A stretch of 64,000 nucleotides of DNA from Candidatus Woesearchaeota archaeon (lineage in GTDB: Archaea > Nanobdellota > Nanobdellia > Pacearchaeales > GW2011-AR1). Under the pieces are notes generated by a model. That model did not search any database. It was not told where the DNA came from and saw nothing but the letters and a program-made list of their open reading frames with translations. Below, piece by piece: positions 19,173 through 28,287 of this stretch. The DNA lies in contig CAZJPE010000002.1 of assembly GCA_964547875.1 (NCBI GenBank), positions 42,130 through 106,129 of the forward strand. The letters are read 5' to 3'. A program made the position numbers and the translations under genes. Position 1 is the first letter of the stretch. Every line of letters begins with the position of its first letter.

Positions 19173-20186
19173 TCACAAATATGTAAGTATTTTTTCAACA
19201 GAAATGCTATTTACTAATTTCTCGCTATAAAGATTCTGTTTTTCTGGAAAATACTCATAGAGCAAAGGAGAGACTATCTTTTTTAGTAGTCCATAGTCTT
19301 CCACTTCATGAGGGGTTGTGCAAAAGAACAAGCCTATTGTTGGCTTGTTCATTGCAAGGGAGATATGCAAAGCAAAACTATCAGAGCAGATTATTGTTTT
19401 GCAACAATTTATTAATGCTGCAAATTCTTTAATAGAATTGCTCGGATTATTCTTATGAATCAATATGTTTTCATTTTTCAACTCATTTATAAGAGGGCCT
19501 ATTTCTTCTGCTTCGTCAGGACCGCCGAATATTATTATCTCATAATTTCTTTCTTTTGCTTTCTTAACAAATTCTTTTATTTTTTCTTTTCCCCATGCCT
19601 TCGAAGGCCATCTTGAGCCTGCGCCCATATGAATTCCTATTAGATTTTCTTTTCTTATTTTATTCTTTTTTATGAAATTTTCTGCATAAATTTTTTCTTT
19701 TTCAGCTAAAATTATAGACGGACGCTCTTTATTATAAGATAATTCTGCAGCATCAAAGATCATTTCCTGATAAGTTTTTTTGTTTGATTTTTTTAATTCG
19801 TCATCAAACAGCGTGTTTAGATAATATTCTGCACTTGGATTAAACACTGCTGGATAATTGTCTTCTGAATAAAACCCCAGTTTCTTTTTTGCCATAATTG
19901 ATTGAGCCAAGGAAGTTGCTTCTTCGTCTATATCAAGATTGCATAATATATCAAATTTTAAATCTGTCTTAAATGGAATTTTTTCTATTTTATTTATGAA
20001 AGGATTGCTTTCAAATAACTGTAGAGCATTTTCTTTTGTAATCCATGTAATTTCTGCTTCTTTATATTTTTTCTTTAGTGCTTCTGCAATTGGAAGAGTT
20101 CTTACAACATCTCCTAATGCTCCTAATTTTATTATCACTATCTTCATATAATTTAGTTTAAAATAGAAGTTTTTAATCTTATCCAT
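19173..20186 (-). CDS. GT9-family glycosyltransferase (ADP-heptose:LPS heptosyltransferase-like)
   Basis: 337 aa. MKIVIIKLGALGDVVRTLPIAEALKKKYKEAEITWIT is the GT9 RfaF/WaaC N-terminal signature, with a GT-B C-terminal half. Confidence 0.75.
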   Translation of the reverse strand: MDKIKNFYFKLNYMKIVIIKLGALGDVVRTLPIAEALKKKYKEAEITWITKENALQLFESNPFINKIEKIPFKTDLKFDILCNLDIDEEATSLAQSIMAKKKLGFYSEDNYPAVFNPSAEYYLNTLFDDELKKSNKKTYQEMIFDAAELSYNKERPSIILAEKEKIYAENFIKKNKIRKENLIGIHMGAGSRWPSKAWGKEKIKEFVKKAKERNYEIIIFGGPDEAEEIGPLINELKNENILIHKNNPSNSIKEFAALINCCKTIICSDSFALHISLAMNKPTIGLFFCTTPHEVEDYGLLKKIVSPLLYEYFPEKQNLYSEKLVNSISVEKILTYL

Positions 20187-20218
20187 AAATTTATAACTAT
20201 AAAATTTTCTTAGTTTTT

Positions 20219-20629
20219 ATGAAAATATACATAGCTGGGAAAATAGGAACAGATGGTGAATTAAACACGCTTGCTAAAGTTGATGAATTGTGCAAATCTC
20301 TGGGATTTTCAACATTTTTGCCGCATAGAGATGTTGGAATAGCAGACGGCATGGGTGATGTTATAAGAATTTTTAACGGCGACATAAAAGAAGGCTTTAA
20401 AGACATTGATTTAGTAATTGCTGTTCTCGATGGATTGCATCTAGGCGCTGGAACTGCATGGGAATTAGGATATGCGTATGCCAAGAAAATTCCTGCTATT
20501 GGGTTGAAAACAGACGAGCCTGTCTCTGAAGCATTGGATTATTTGAGCGCAATATTGATAGGCTCTATGGAAATTGTTGATAGTTTTGATAAATTAAAAA
20601 AGGCTTTGCAAAAATTTAAATCGATCTAA
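20219..20629 (+). CDS. Nucleoside 2-deoxyribosyltransferase-like (SLOG/Rossmann) protein
   Basis: 136 aa. MKIYIAGK...DLVIAVLDG...GTAWELGYAYAKKIP pattern. Confidence 0.5.
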   Translation: MKIYIAGKIGTDGELNTLAKVDELCKSLGFSTFLPHRDVGIADGMGDVIRIFNGDIKEGFKDIDLVIAVLDGLHLGAGTAWELGYAYAKKIPAIGLKTDEPVSEALDYLSAILIGSMEIVDSFDKLKKALQKFKSI

Positions 20630-21526
20630 TGGTTTTGTTGAGTGTATTTCTGTATTTCTCCAGCCATCAGCATAATTTTTTTTCTGCTTTAATTCGTTAA
20701 ATGCTTTTATATAAATATGAAGCCTTGCAAAATATAACTGCATTGTCCAGAAAACTTCACGGAGATTTCTTGGATATGTCAGGGAGTATAATGCTCCTTC
20801 GCGTATTTCATTAAAAAATGATTTTGTTCTGGGCATATTTCTTGCTATCTTATTTAAATTTTCATGAGCTTTTATATTTCTTATTTTCTGATTTTGCCAA
20901 TCCTGCCAATTGGAAGGATTTTTTACATAGACTTCAGCCTTATCAGCATAAGCTATTTTATATCCCTTTTTCCAGAAGAGATAGGGAATAATGCTGTCTT
21001 CTGATGTTTCTAGAGGAAAATCTAAAATAACTCCTTTTCTTATTGCAAAAAGATATCCGGAACACTCTAGAAATTTTTTATTATTTGATAATTTATTTCT
21101 TGTTTTATGTATTCCTGCAAAAAGCAAGTGAGACCAGTATCCATATTTATTATTCTTGCTGTCTATTGAAACTGGCTTGCCCGTTACGCATCCTATTTTG
21201 GGGTCTTTAAACTTTTCAAGAATTTCTTTTAGAGTATTTTTTGAAACATAAACATCGCCATCTGTTAAAATGAATATGTCTTTTTTATTATCTGAACCAT
21301 ATTCCTGAAATAGTATATTTAGGGCGTAAGATTTGCCTTCGCCGGGGTCTAGGAAAAATTTAACTTTTTTGCTCTTAATATTTTTCTTTAAAAATTTTTC
21401 AACTTTTGGAAATGGGTCTACGACAACTATCTCAAAATTATCTTCAATATTCTGATTAAGAAAAGTCTTAACAGCCCTTAATGTTGAATTAGGCTCATTG
21501 TATGATGTTATTATAATATGAATCAT
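20594..21526 (-). CDS. GT2 glycosyltransferase
   Basis: 310 aa. IIITSYNEPNST, VVVDP and TDGDVYV (DxD). Confidence 0.7.
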   Translation of the reverse strand: MIHIIITSYNEPNSTLRAVKTFLNQNIEDNFEIVVVDPFPKVEKFLKKNIKSKKVKFFLDPGEGKSYALNILFQEYGSDNKKDIFILTDGDVYVSKNTLKEILEKFKDPKIGCVTGKPVSIDSKNNKYGYWSHLLFAGIHKTRNKLSNNKKFLECSGYLFAIRKGVILDFPLETSEDSIIPYLFWKKGYKIAYADKAEVYVKNPSNWQDWQNQKIRNIKAHENLNKIARNMPRTKSFFNEIREGALYSLTYPRNLREVFWTMQLYFARLHIYIKAFNELKQKKNYADGWRNTEIHSTKPLDRFKFLQSLF

Positions 21527-21741
21527 TTTTCTGTTTCAAAAGGATAATCATCTGGGCGAATTATAACAACTCTCTCGCCTTCAGAAGTTTTTGCTTCAAT
21601 CCTGCATTTTCTAGACATTTGCTTTCCTTTCACAGAGCTTTTTCCTGCCGTGTCTGAAAATTCTATATTTACTATTGCACACGACTTCCCTGAAATTTTT
21701 ATTTTATCCCCTATTTTTAACTCTTTGGCCTTTTTTTTCAT
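21523..21741 (-). CDS. Small basic hypothetical protein (possible beta-barrel nucleic-acid binder)
   Basis: 72 aa, Lys-rich, no TM. The 4-bp overlap with the downstream GT2 suggests co-transcription. Confidence 0.25.
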   Translation of the reverse strand: MKKKAKELKIGDKIKISGKSCAIVNIEFSDTAGKSSVKGKQMSRKCRIEAKTSEGERVVIIRPDDYPFETEK

Positions 21742-21791
21742 AGTTAATTTGCAAAGAGCAAACTTATAAACTTTATTAAGGTAGCAAGATA

Positions 21792-22508
21792 ATGAAAAAT
21801 GTAATAATCTTATGCTCTGGCGGAATTGATAGTGTTACTACGGCTTATTACGCAAGGAATAAACTGAATTATGATAAGATTATTTTACTTTTTTTTGATT
21901 ATGGGCAAAAATCTATTAATATAGAAAGAAGATGTGCAAAAAATACTGCAAAAAAATTGGGAGCAAAGTTTAGAGAGATAAAAATAGCCGAATTAGGAGA
22001 ACTCTCTACATCTTTAATTAATAAAAAAGGAAAAGTTAAAAATCTTGAATTAAATGACTTGAAAGATACAAGAAAAGAAGGTGCAAAATGGTATGTTCCT
22101 TTTAGAAATGCTGTTTTTTTAGTTTATGCGCTTGCTTTTGCTGAATCAATTTTTGTCAGAGATGGTGAAAATTATGATTTATTTGTAGGATTTAAATCAG
22201 ACATGGGCGAGGGATATCCTGATACGAGTTTAAAATTTTTAAATGATATTGAAAGGATTGGAAAATACTCAAAAGCAAACGGATTTAGGATAAAAGCTCC
22301 TTTTATTGACAAAGAAAAAGAAGATATAATTTCATTAGGCAATAAGCTTGGAATTGATTTTAAAGAAAGCTTTAGCTGTTATGTTGGAAGAAAAATGCAT
22401 TGCGGGACCTGTCTTGCTTGTAGATTGAGACAAGAAGGATTTTATTGGGCAAATATAAAAGACCCTACTGAATATAAGGAAAAGCCAAATGATTTAAGAC
22501 TCGCATAA
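21792..22508 (+). CDS. queC: 7-cyano-7-deazaguanine (preQ0) synthase
   Basis: SGGIDSV PP-loop, FDYGQKS, and the C-terminal zinc motif SCYVGRKMHCGTCLACRLRQEGF typical of QueC. Confidence 0.85.
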   Translation: MKNVIILCSGGIDSVTTAYYARNKLNYDKIILLFFDYGQKSINIERRCAKNTAKKLGAKFREIKIAELGELSTSLINKKGKVKNLELNDLKDTRKEGAKWYVPFRNAVFLVYALAFAESIFVRDGENYDLFVGFKSDMGEGYPDTSLKFLNDIERIGKYSKANGFRIKAPFIDKEKEDIISLGNKLGIDFKESFSCYVGRKMHCGTCLACRLRQEGFYWANIKDPTEYKEKPNDLRLA

Positions 22509-23642
22509 ATTTTTATATAAATCAATAGTCTTATTAGAAATTAAATCCCATCTATAATTCTGCGCTTTTTCAAAATTGCTCTCGGATATTTTTTCTCTTA
22601 ATTTTCTGTTGTCTAAGAGTTCAATTATTCTTTTTGCAAATTTTTCATTATCTCCGTAATTTACAAGAAAGCCGTTATCTGGCTCTTTCATTTCAAAAGG
22701 AATTCCATTTACAGGAGATGCTACAATTGGCAATCCGCTTGCCATTGCTTCAAATAATGTTAAAGGCAAGCCTTCGCGAAAGCTTGGCATAACAAAAATG
22801 TCTGCTGACTGATACATTTTAATTATTTCTTCCTTGTCTCTTGTTTCTGGCATTAATATAATTCTTTTTTCTTTTCCTATAAACTTTTTTATTGTTTTTT
22901 TCATGCCTTCGTCAGGACCTCTTATAACGAAATTTATATTTTTCTTTTCTTTTAAAATAAGTTTCGCTATTTCAACAAATTTATCAGGGCCTTTTGTTAT
23001 GTTTAATCTGCCAAAGAACAGAATAATTGTATTTTTATTAGGTATCTTATGCTTCTTTCTAAAGTCGTTGTTTTTGATTTTTTTGAAAAATTCATCTGAC
23101 ATCCCATTTGGAATGTTGATTATGTTATTACTTGAATTATATCTTTTTATAAAATTATATTCCCATGGGGTTATTGCTATTATTCTATCTGTAAACTTCA
23201 ATGCCAATCTGCTAAATATGTTATAACTTATTAATATTCCTAATCTTGCTAATGTTGAGCGATAAGCATCTGTCCATGGGCAATGCGTAGTATGAACATG
23301 TTTGGCATTTGATAATTTTGCTGCTAGAGCCGCGAGAACAAAGTGCGAATGCCCGAAAACATGGCTATGGATTACGTCAAATTTTTCTTTTAAAAGTTTA
23401 GGGAAAAAAGACAAGTATATTATGGAAAAATTTCCTGCCCTTGCTATGTGCCTGAATCTGTGCACATAAACGCCATTTATTATTTCTTCTTTTGTTTTAA
23501 TTTTGTTTTTTTTATCCCAATCGCTTGTAAAGACATGAACTTCATGCCCATTTTGTGCTTGCCTTTCTGCTAATTCCTCAACAACTTTTGCAACGCCGCT
23601 AATAGTTGGATTATATTCATGCGAAACATGCGCTATTTTCAT
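22494..23642 (-). CDS. GT4-family glycosyltransferase (GT-B)
   Basis: 382 aa. N-terminal ISGVAKVV and the C-terminal EGLPLTLFEAMASGLPIVAS motif. Confidence 0.85.
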   Translation of the reverse strand: MKIAHVSHEYNPTISGVAKVVEELAERQAQNGHEVHVFTSDWDKKNKIKTKEEIINGVYVHRFRHIARAGNFSIIYLSFFPKLLKEKFDVIHSHVFGHSHFVLAALAAKLSNAKHVHTTHCPWTDAYRSTLARLGILISYNIFSRLALKFTDRIIAITPWEYNFIKRYNSSNNIINIPNGMSDEFFKKIKNNDFRKKHKIPNKNTIILFFGRLNITKGPDKFVEIAKLILKEKKNINFVIRGPDEGMKKTIKKFIGKEKRIILMPETRDKEEIIKMYQSADIFVMPSFREGLPLTLFEAMASGLPIVASPVNGIPFEMKEPDNGFLVNYGDNEKFAKRIIELLDNRKLREKISESNFEKAQNYRWDLISNKTIDLYKNLCES

Positions 23643-23660
23643 AAAAAACGGAATTAGGAG

Positions 23661-24251
23661 CTATTTATAAGCATTTAGTATTGATTTTATTCTTTCATAT
23701 GTATTATTTAAAGGATTCGAGGAATCTATTTTTATTATGGGATAGGTTTTAGAAAGAGCATACATGCTATTGTAAAAATTCTTTAATCTTTCTTCTGTTA
23801 TAAGCACTCCTCTTTTCCTAAGCACCGCATTAGATGCTTCAAGCAAAAAACAAATATCTGGCTTTGGCGTAAAAATTTTGAAAAGCTTAAATTTAATTCC
23901 TTTTGCAAATGCAAGCTCGTCAAAAAAATAACGGTCAATTAAATTATATTCTTTTCTTGAAGCCAATATTTTTAAGTATCTTAGCCAGAGCTCAGAATAA
24001 TAAATGAAATAAAAAAGCCAGCTCCTTTCTCTAAACCTCGCTAGTTTCTCTTCTTTTATTCCTCTTTTGCTCTTTCTTTTCATGTAAAATCTTGAAAAAA
24101 AATTTAAGAGAGGATTTCTAAAATCACGCCAACCCATGAAAAAGACATCAACATCCTTACCTGCCTTTTCTAATTTTTTTTTAACATATTTTATAAGCGC
24201 ACTTTTCCCTGAGCCATCGCTGCCGATAAATACTATCCTAAATTTCTTCAT
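23661..24251 (-). CDS. P-loop kinase (dNK/dTMP-kinase-like fold), function unknown
   Basis: 196 aa. Walker A FIGSDGSGKS and a DRYFFDELAF (DRY-type) motif. Confidence 0.45.
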   Translation of the reverse strand: MKKFRIVFIGSDGSGKSALIKYVKKKLEKAGKDVDVFFMGWRDFRNPLLNFFSRFYMKRKSKRGIKEEKLARFRERSWLFYFIYYSELWLRYLKILASRKEYNLIDRYFFDELAFAKGIKFKLFKIFTPKPDICFLLEASNAVLRKRGVLITEERLKNFYNSMYALSKTYPIIKIDSSNPLNNTYERIKSILNAYK

Positions 24252-24991
24252 TTTGGTTTTTCAAACTTTACAAGATATCCTGAAGCAAGCATTTTAGAAA
24301 CTAGTCCCCATTTCTTCTTGTAGAAATTCCTAAATAGAAAGGAAGTTGGGACTAAAAAGGAATCTGTGAACAGAATAGGATAGAAATTTATCTTTTCAAA
24401 TCCTGTCTTTCTTAGAAGTCTGCTCATTTCTTTTATAGATATTCGCTGGCTATGCTCAAAATCTATTTTTTTTCCGAGCAATTTCTTTATTGAGAGAAAA
24501 GCTGGATGAGGGGGCGATGTAATTATTATGCCTTTTCCGCCTGGTTCTAAAAGTGAATAAATCTTCCTTATAACTATCTGCTTATTTGGAATATACTCTA
24601 TTGCCCTTGAACAAAAAATAAAATTGTATTTCTCTTTAAATTTTTGATCTAGAAAGTTGTTCGTAATTGCCTTAACCTTTTTTGATTTTATTGCACTTTT
24701 AAACTGCTTTATCATTTCTCTTGATATGTCTAAGCAAGTAAATTTTGCTCTGGGATATTTTTTTAAAAGAAGTTTTGTCCATGTTCCAGGGCCGCAGCCT
24801 ATTTCCAGACAATTTTTGAATTCAATATCCCTTAAATGATATAATAAACTTAGCGTGCTAAATTTATATTGTCTGCTTTTTTCTTTCGTACTAAACCAGC
24901 GCGCATATTCATATCCTTTATCAGAGATCTTTTTTGCTTTAATATTATAAAAATTCCTGATCCAATTGCTGAACTCTAAGTCTTTCTCCAT
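24248..24991 (-). CDS. Class I SAM-dependent methyltransferase
   Basis: 247 aa. LEIGCGPGTWT motif I and CLDISREM. Confidence 0.75.
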   Translation of the reverse strand: MEKDLEFSNWIRNFYNIKAKKISDKGYEYARWFSTKEKSRQYKFSTLSLLYHLRDIEFKNCLEIGCGPGTWTKLLLKKYPRAKFTCLDISREMIKQFKSAIKSKKVKAITNNFLDQKFKEKYNFIFCSRAIEYIPNKQIVIRKIYSLLEPGGKGIIITSPPHPAFLSIKKLLGKKIDFEHSQRISIKEMSRLLRKTGFEKINFYPILFTDSFLVPTSFLFRNFYKKKWGLVSKMLASGYLVKFEKPK

Positions 24992-25108
24992 AATGTCTTG
25001 GTTTTTAATATTTTTTCTTGCTTAATAACGCATTTAAATATATGCTTTTATATTTTCTAAATTATACATAAGCTTTTATAGAATGAAATTAAATTTGGGA
25101 TTGATAAA

Positions 25109-26668
25109 GTGGAGCTTAGAAAATCAGAAGAACGCAGCATTTTGAAGAGTAAGAGCATAGTCTTTATACTTTTAATAGTTCTTCTTATTTCTATAGATCT
25201 TAGATTTATCTTCTTAGACGCGGATCCTTTTCCTTATTCTGCTTTTGGGGCAACATGGGTTGATGAAGGGCCTTATGCTCATAATGCCAGAAATTATGCC
25301 TTATTCGGATATTGGAAACTTGAGAATGATCAGTGGAATCCTATGTATATCTCACCGATTCATACTTATTTGGAATTAATTTTTTTTAGGATTTTTGGAG
25401 TTAGCACATTTAGCGCAAGAATTGTATCTGCATTATTTGGAATTATTTCCATTATTATTGCAGGGTTTTTTTTAATGAGAAAGAATTTTAATGTGGGCGC
25501 ATTATTTATGATATTTATTTTAATAAATCCCATGCACATAGCGCATAACAGAATAGCTACTATAGAGAGTATTTTATTGGCTTTTATTTTGATAATAATA
25601 AGCCTGATTATTTATGATAATAAGACTTCCTGGTTTTTTACTGGGCTTTTGGCGCCTGTCCTGTTTTTTTCTAAAGTTACTTCTGCTTTTTTTGTCTTTG
25701 CCATTCCGACAACTCTTTTAGCTTATAGCTTATTTTACAAGTCAAAAGAGCATTTTAAGAAACTTGGAATATTTATTCTTGGATTAATTGTTTCTTTAGG
25801 CGCCTGGCTTTTTTGGCTTATTCCGAATTTTGATAATTGGAGATATATGAATTTTGAAATTTATGGCGGCAGAATTGGGATTAATCTCATCGAAGTTGGC
25901 GTAATTATTATGAGGACATTTGAGTTTTTTCTGTTAAATCCTCTACTTGTTTTAATGAGCTTAGCGATAATAATATATCTTTATAGTGAAATACGAAAGA
26001 AAAATAGAATAGAGTTTATAGAAGCATTTTTAGTTATAGCATTGATAATTTTCTTGCTGCAAATTATATTTACTGATTATTCCTTAGCGCGGTTTGTTTT
26101 ATTGGTGCCAATTTTGGCTCTTTCTTCTGCTAAATTTATTTCTAAAATAGAAAGATCTGAACTTGTAATAAATGGAACTCATTTTAAATTTAAGGCGATT
26201 TTTGCTATTTTAATTGTTTTATTATATGCGATAATAAGCGCTGCCCAATTGCTTCCATTTTATGTAGACATGATAAAGGACGATAACGCCTTTGTTATAA
26301 AAAGCAATTCCGAGGAAGTGGGCGAATTGATACCTCCCAACTCTAAGGTATATGGGAATCAAGCGTCTCCTTTAAGTTTGGAGAACAAAATAATGCCATA
26401 TCACGGGAATTATTTAGATAAAATCCATAATTCTGAAGATAATATTCTGCCCTTGCTAGTAAATGGACAAATAGATTATGCTTTGCTGAAAGAAAATATT
26501 TTTGACGAAGCAGATTTAAAAGAGCAGGATAAAGATCTTGATTTATCTAAGGTTTATAAATATATCAGAGATAACTTTGAGATTGTCAAGGAAATACAGA
26601 GCAAGCATAGCAGGACAAATGAGCCTGATAAGAAATACATTTATAAAAGAATAAATCTGACTGCTTAA
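25109..26668 (+). CDS. GT-C fold membrane glycosyltransferase (ArnT/PMT-like), paralog 3
   Basis: 519 aa with multiple TM helices. First-loop motif FLDADPFPYS. The start is a GTG in the ORF track. Confidence 0.5.
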   Translation: MELRKSEERSILKSKSIVFILLIVLLISIDLRFIFLDADPFPYSAFGATWVDEGPYAHNARNYALFGYWKLENDQWNPMYISPIHTYLELIFFRIFGVSTFSARIVSALFGIISIIIAGFFLMRKNFNVGALFMIFILINPMHIAHNRIATIESILLAFILIIISLIIYDNKTSWFFTGLLAPVLFFSKVTSAFFVFAIPTTLLAYSLFYKSKEHFKKLGIFILGLIVSLGAWLFWLIPNFDNWRYMNFEIYGGRIGINLIEVGVIIMRTFEFFLLNPLLVLMSLAIIIYLYSEIRKKNRIEFIEAFLVIALIIFLLQIIFTDYSLARFVLLVPILALSSAKFISKIERSELVINGTHFKFKAIFAILIVLLYAIISAAQLLPFYVDMIKDDNAFVIKSNSEEVGELIPPNSKVYGNQASPLSLENKIMPYHGNYLDKIHNSEDNILPLLVNGQIDYALLKENIFDEADLKEQDKDLDLSKVYKYIRDNFEIVKEIQSKHSRTNEPDKKYIYKRINLTA

Positions 26669-26733
26669 AATAATGCAAATGTTTAAAATAGAAAACAATT
26701 TTGAATGAAAATGAAAAAAAGATTTAGGAAACT

Positions 26734-26780
26734 TCAAGAACCCAAGGTTCTTGAGGCCATCAAGATTCAGGGAATCTTGA
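26734..26780. promoter_or_regulatory. Two adjacent related palindromes (tcaagaacc-caa-ggttcttga, then tcaagattc-agg-gaatcttga). Candidate operator or hairpin pair.
   Basis: Seen directly in the sequence between the stop of 25109..26668 and the 26818 ATG. Confidence 0.3.
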
Positions 26781-26817
26781 GGTCTTTAAGCAAAGCAAGA
26801 TTTAATCAGAGATTAAA

Positions 26818-27456
26818 ATGAAAAGCCAAGAAGCTCAAAAATTTACAGAGTATTATAAGCAGAAGAAGGTTAGTGGAACTTATGATGCGCAGAGAGAAGG
26901 CACTCCTTACAGGAGAAAAAAAAGAGCTGTTGAATTAAAGCATTTTTTAGAACTGATAGATAAAAAAGATAGAGAAGATGTTTTGGAATTAGGATGCAGC
27001 AGCGGGTTTCTAACAAGGCATTTAGGCAAGGTTACTGCAATAGATACTTCGGAAGGCATGTTAAAAATAACTAAAGAGAAAAATCCTTTGGCTAAATGCA
27101 TTTATGCTGATATGTTTGAACTCCCTTTTAAAGATAAATCATTTGATAAGATTACTACAATGAGAGTTTGGAATCATTTAAATGATGGAGATTTAAGAAA
27201 GGCGATAAGAGAATCAAAAAGGGTTTTGCAAAAAGGAGGATATTTAATATTTGACGCAGAAGACAAATCCAGATTGAGAAGAATCGCAAATGTAATTTAC
27301 AAACTGCTCTTTAGGCCAACTGGGTATAAAATATATCAATATTCTTTGGGAGATTTGCATAAAATCATGAGAGAAGAGGGATTTCAAATAGAAAAGACAA
27401 AATTTCTTCAACATAGAGTAGGGAGACAGATAATTTTAAGGTCAAAGCTGCTTTAG
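26818..27456 (+). CDS. Class I SAM-dependent methyltransferase (Methyltransf_11-like)
   Basis: 212 aa. VLELGCSSGFLT motif I and FDKITTMRVWNHL. Confidence 0.75.
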   Translation: MKSQEAQKFTEYYKQKKVSGTYDAQREGTPYRRKKRAVELKHFLELIDKKDREDVLELGCSSGFLTRHLGKVTAIDTSEGMLKITKEKNPLAKCIYADMFELPFKDKSFDKITTMRVWNHLNDGDLRKAIRESKRVLQKGGYLIFDAEDKSRLRRIANVIYKLLFRPTGYKIYQYSLGDLHKIMREEGFQIEKTKFLQHRVGRQIILRSKLL

Positions 27457-28083
27457 ATTCTTTATTAAGACTGGCGTATAATTTTCAAATAAAATTTTTC
27501 TTATTATTTTATAGTTGAATTCCATGTTTTCCATCCATTTTACTGCATAAGCCTTGTCAATCTGCTCTGCAGGGTATCTTGTTTTGTCAATTCTTTTATA
27601 TCTCTCTTTTTCGTTTTCTTCAACTAATAAAATTCTCCCAGATGGCAGAACTTTTATCAAATCAGAAAGCTCAATTTCATTAGATTTTCTTTGTATTAAC
27701 ATGAATAAAGACTGCATTAAAAATTCGTCAACATAAATATTCTTCATGCCAATTATTTCATGCTTTGCAAGGACATATCCCAAATATGAGTTTCTCATTA
27801 AAAAAATCTTTGCATATTTGAGAAAATTAAATTCCTTTAAATAAAGCCAGTTTGAATTCATTTTAGAAAATAACATTATTGTCTTAACGGGATTTTTTAC
27901 AAAGAATTTCATTAAATAAAATAATTTCTCAAAGATTGAAAGCTTTGAATTAAAAATTTTTTTCTCTTTTTTTTCTTCAATTTTTTTTAATAAAGAGCTT
28001 TTTCCTGACCTTGAAAGTCCAAATAATTCAGTGCAATTATTTTTTCTATTTTGCCTGTTGTTTTTGAGCAAGAATATCTTCAT
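27442..28083 (-). CDS. P-loop NTPase-like hypothetical protein
   Basis: 213 aa with Walker A-like GLSRSGKSS. Confidence 0.3.
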   Translation of the reverse strand: MKIFLLKNNRQNRKNNCTELFGLSRSGKSSLLKKIEEKKEKKIFNSKLSIFEKLFYLMKFFVKNPVKTIMLFSKMNSNWLYLKEFNFLKYAKIFLMRNSYLGYVLAKHEIIGMKNIYVDEFLMQSLFMLIQRKSNEIELSDLIKVLPSGRILLVEENEKERYKRIDKTRYPAEQIDKAYAVKWMENMEFNYKIIRKILFENYTPVLIKNLKQL

Positions 28084-28287
28084 GAAAATAAAGAAATTTG
28101 AGGGTTTATATACATTATTTAATATAAATTTTAAAAATTATTTATAACTATAGACTATAATAATTAACCAGGCTTTTTGTTCTCTTGAATACAGTACAGA
28201 CGAATTGAGTAATTATTTAAATCAGTTGCCATAGATTAGAAAGAAAATTAAGAAAGATGCCCATTATTAAAACAGGATAATATATTC

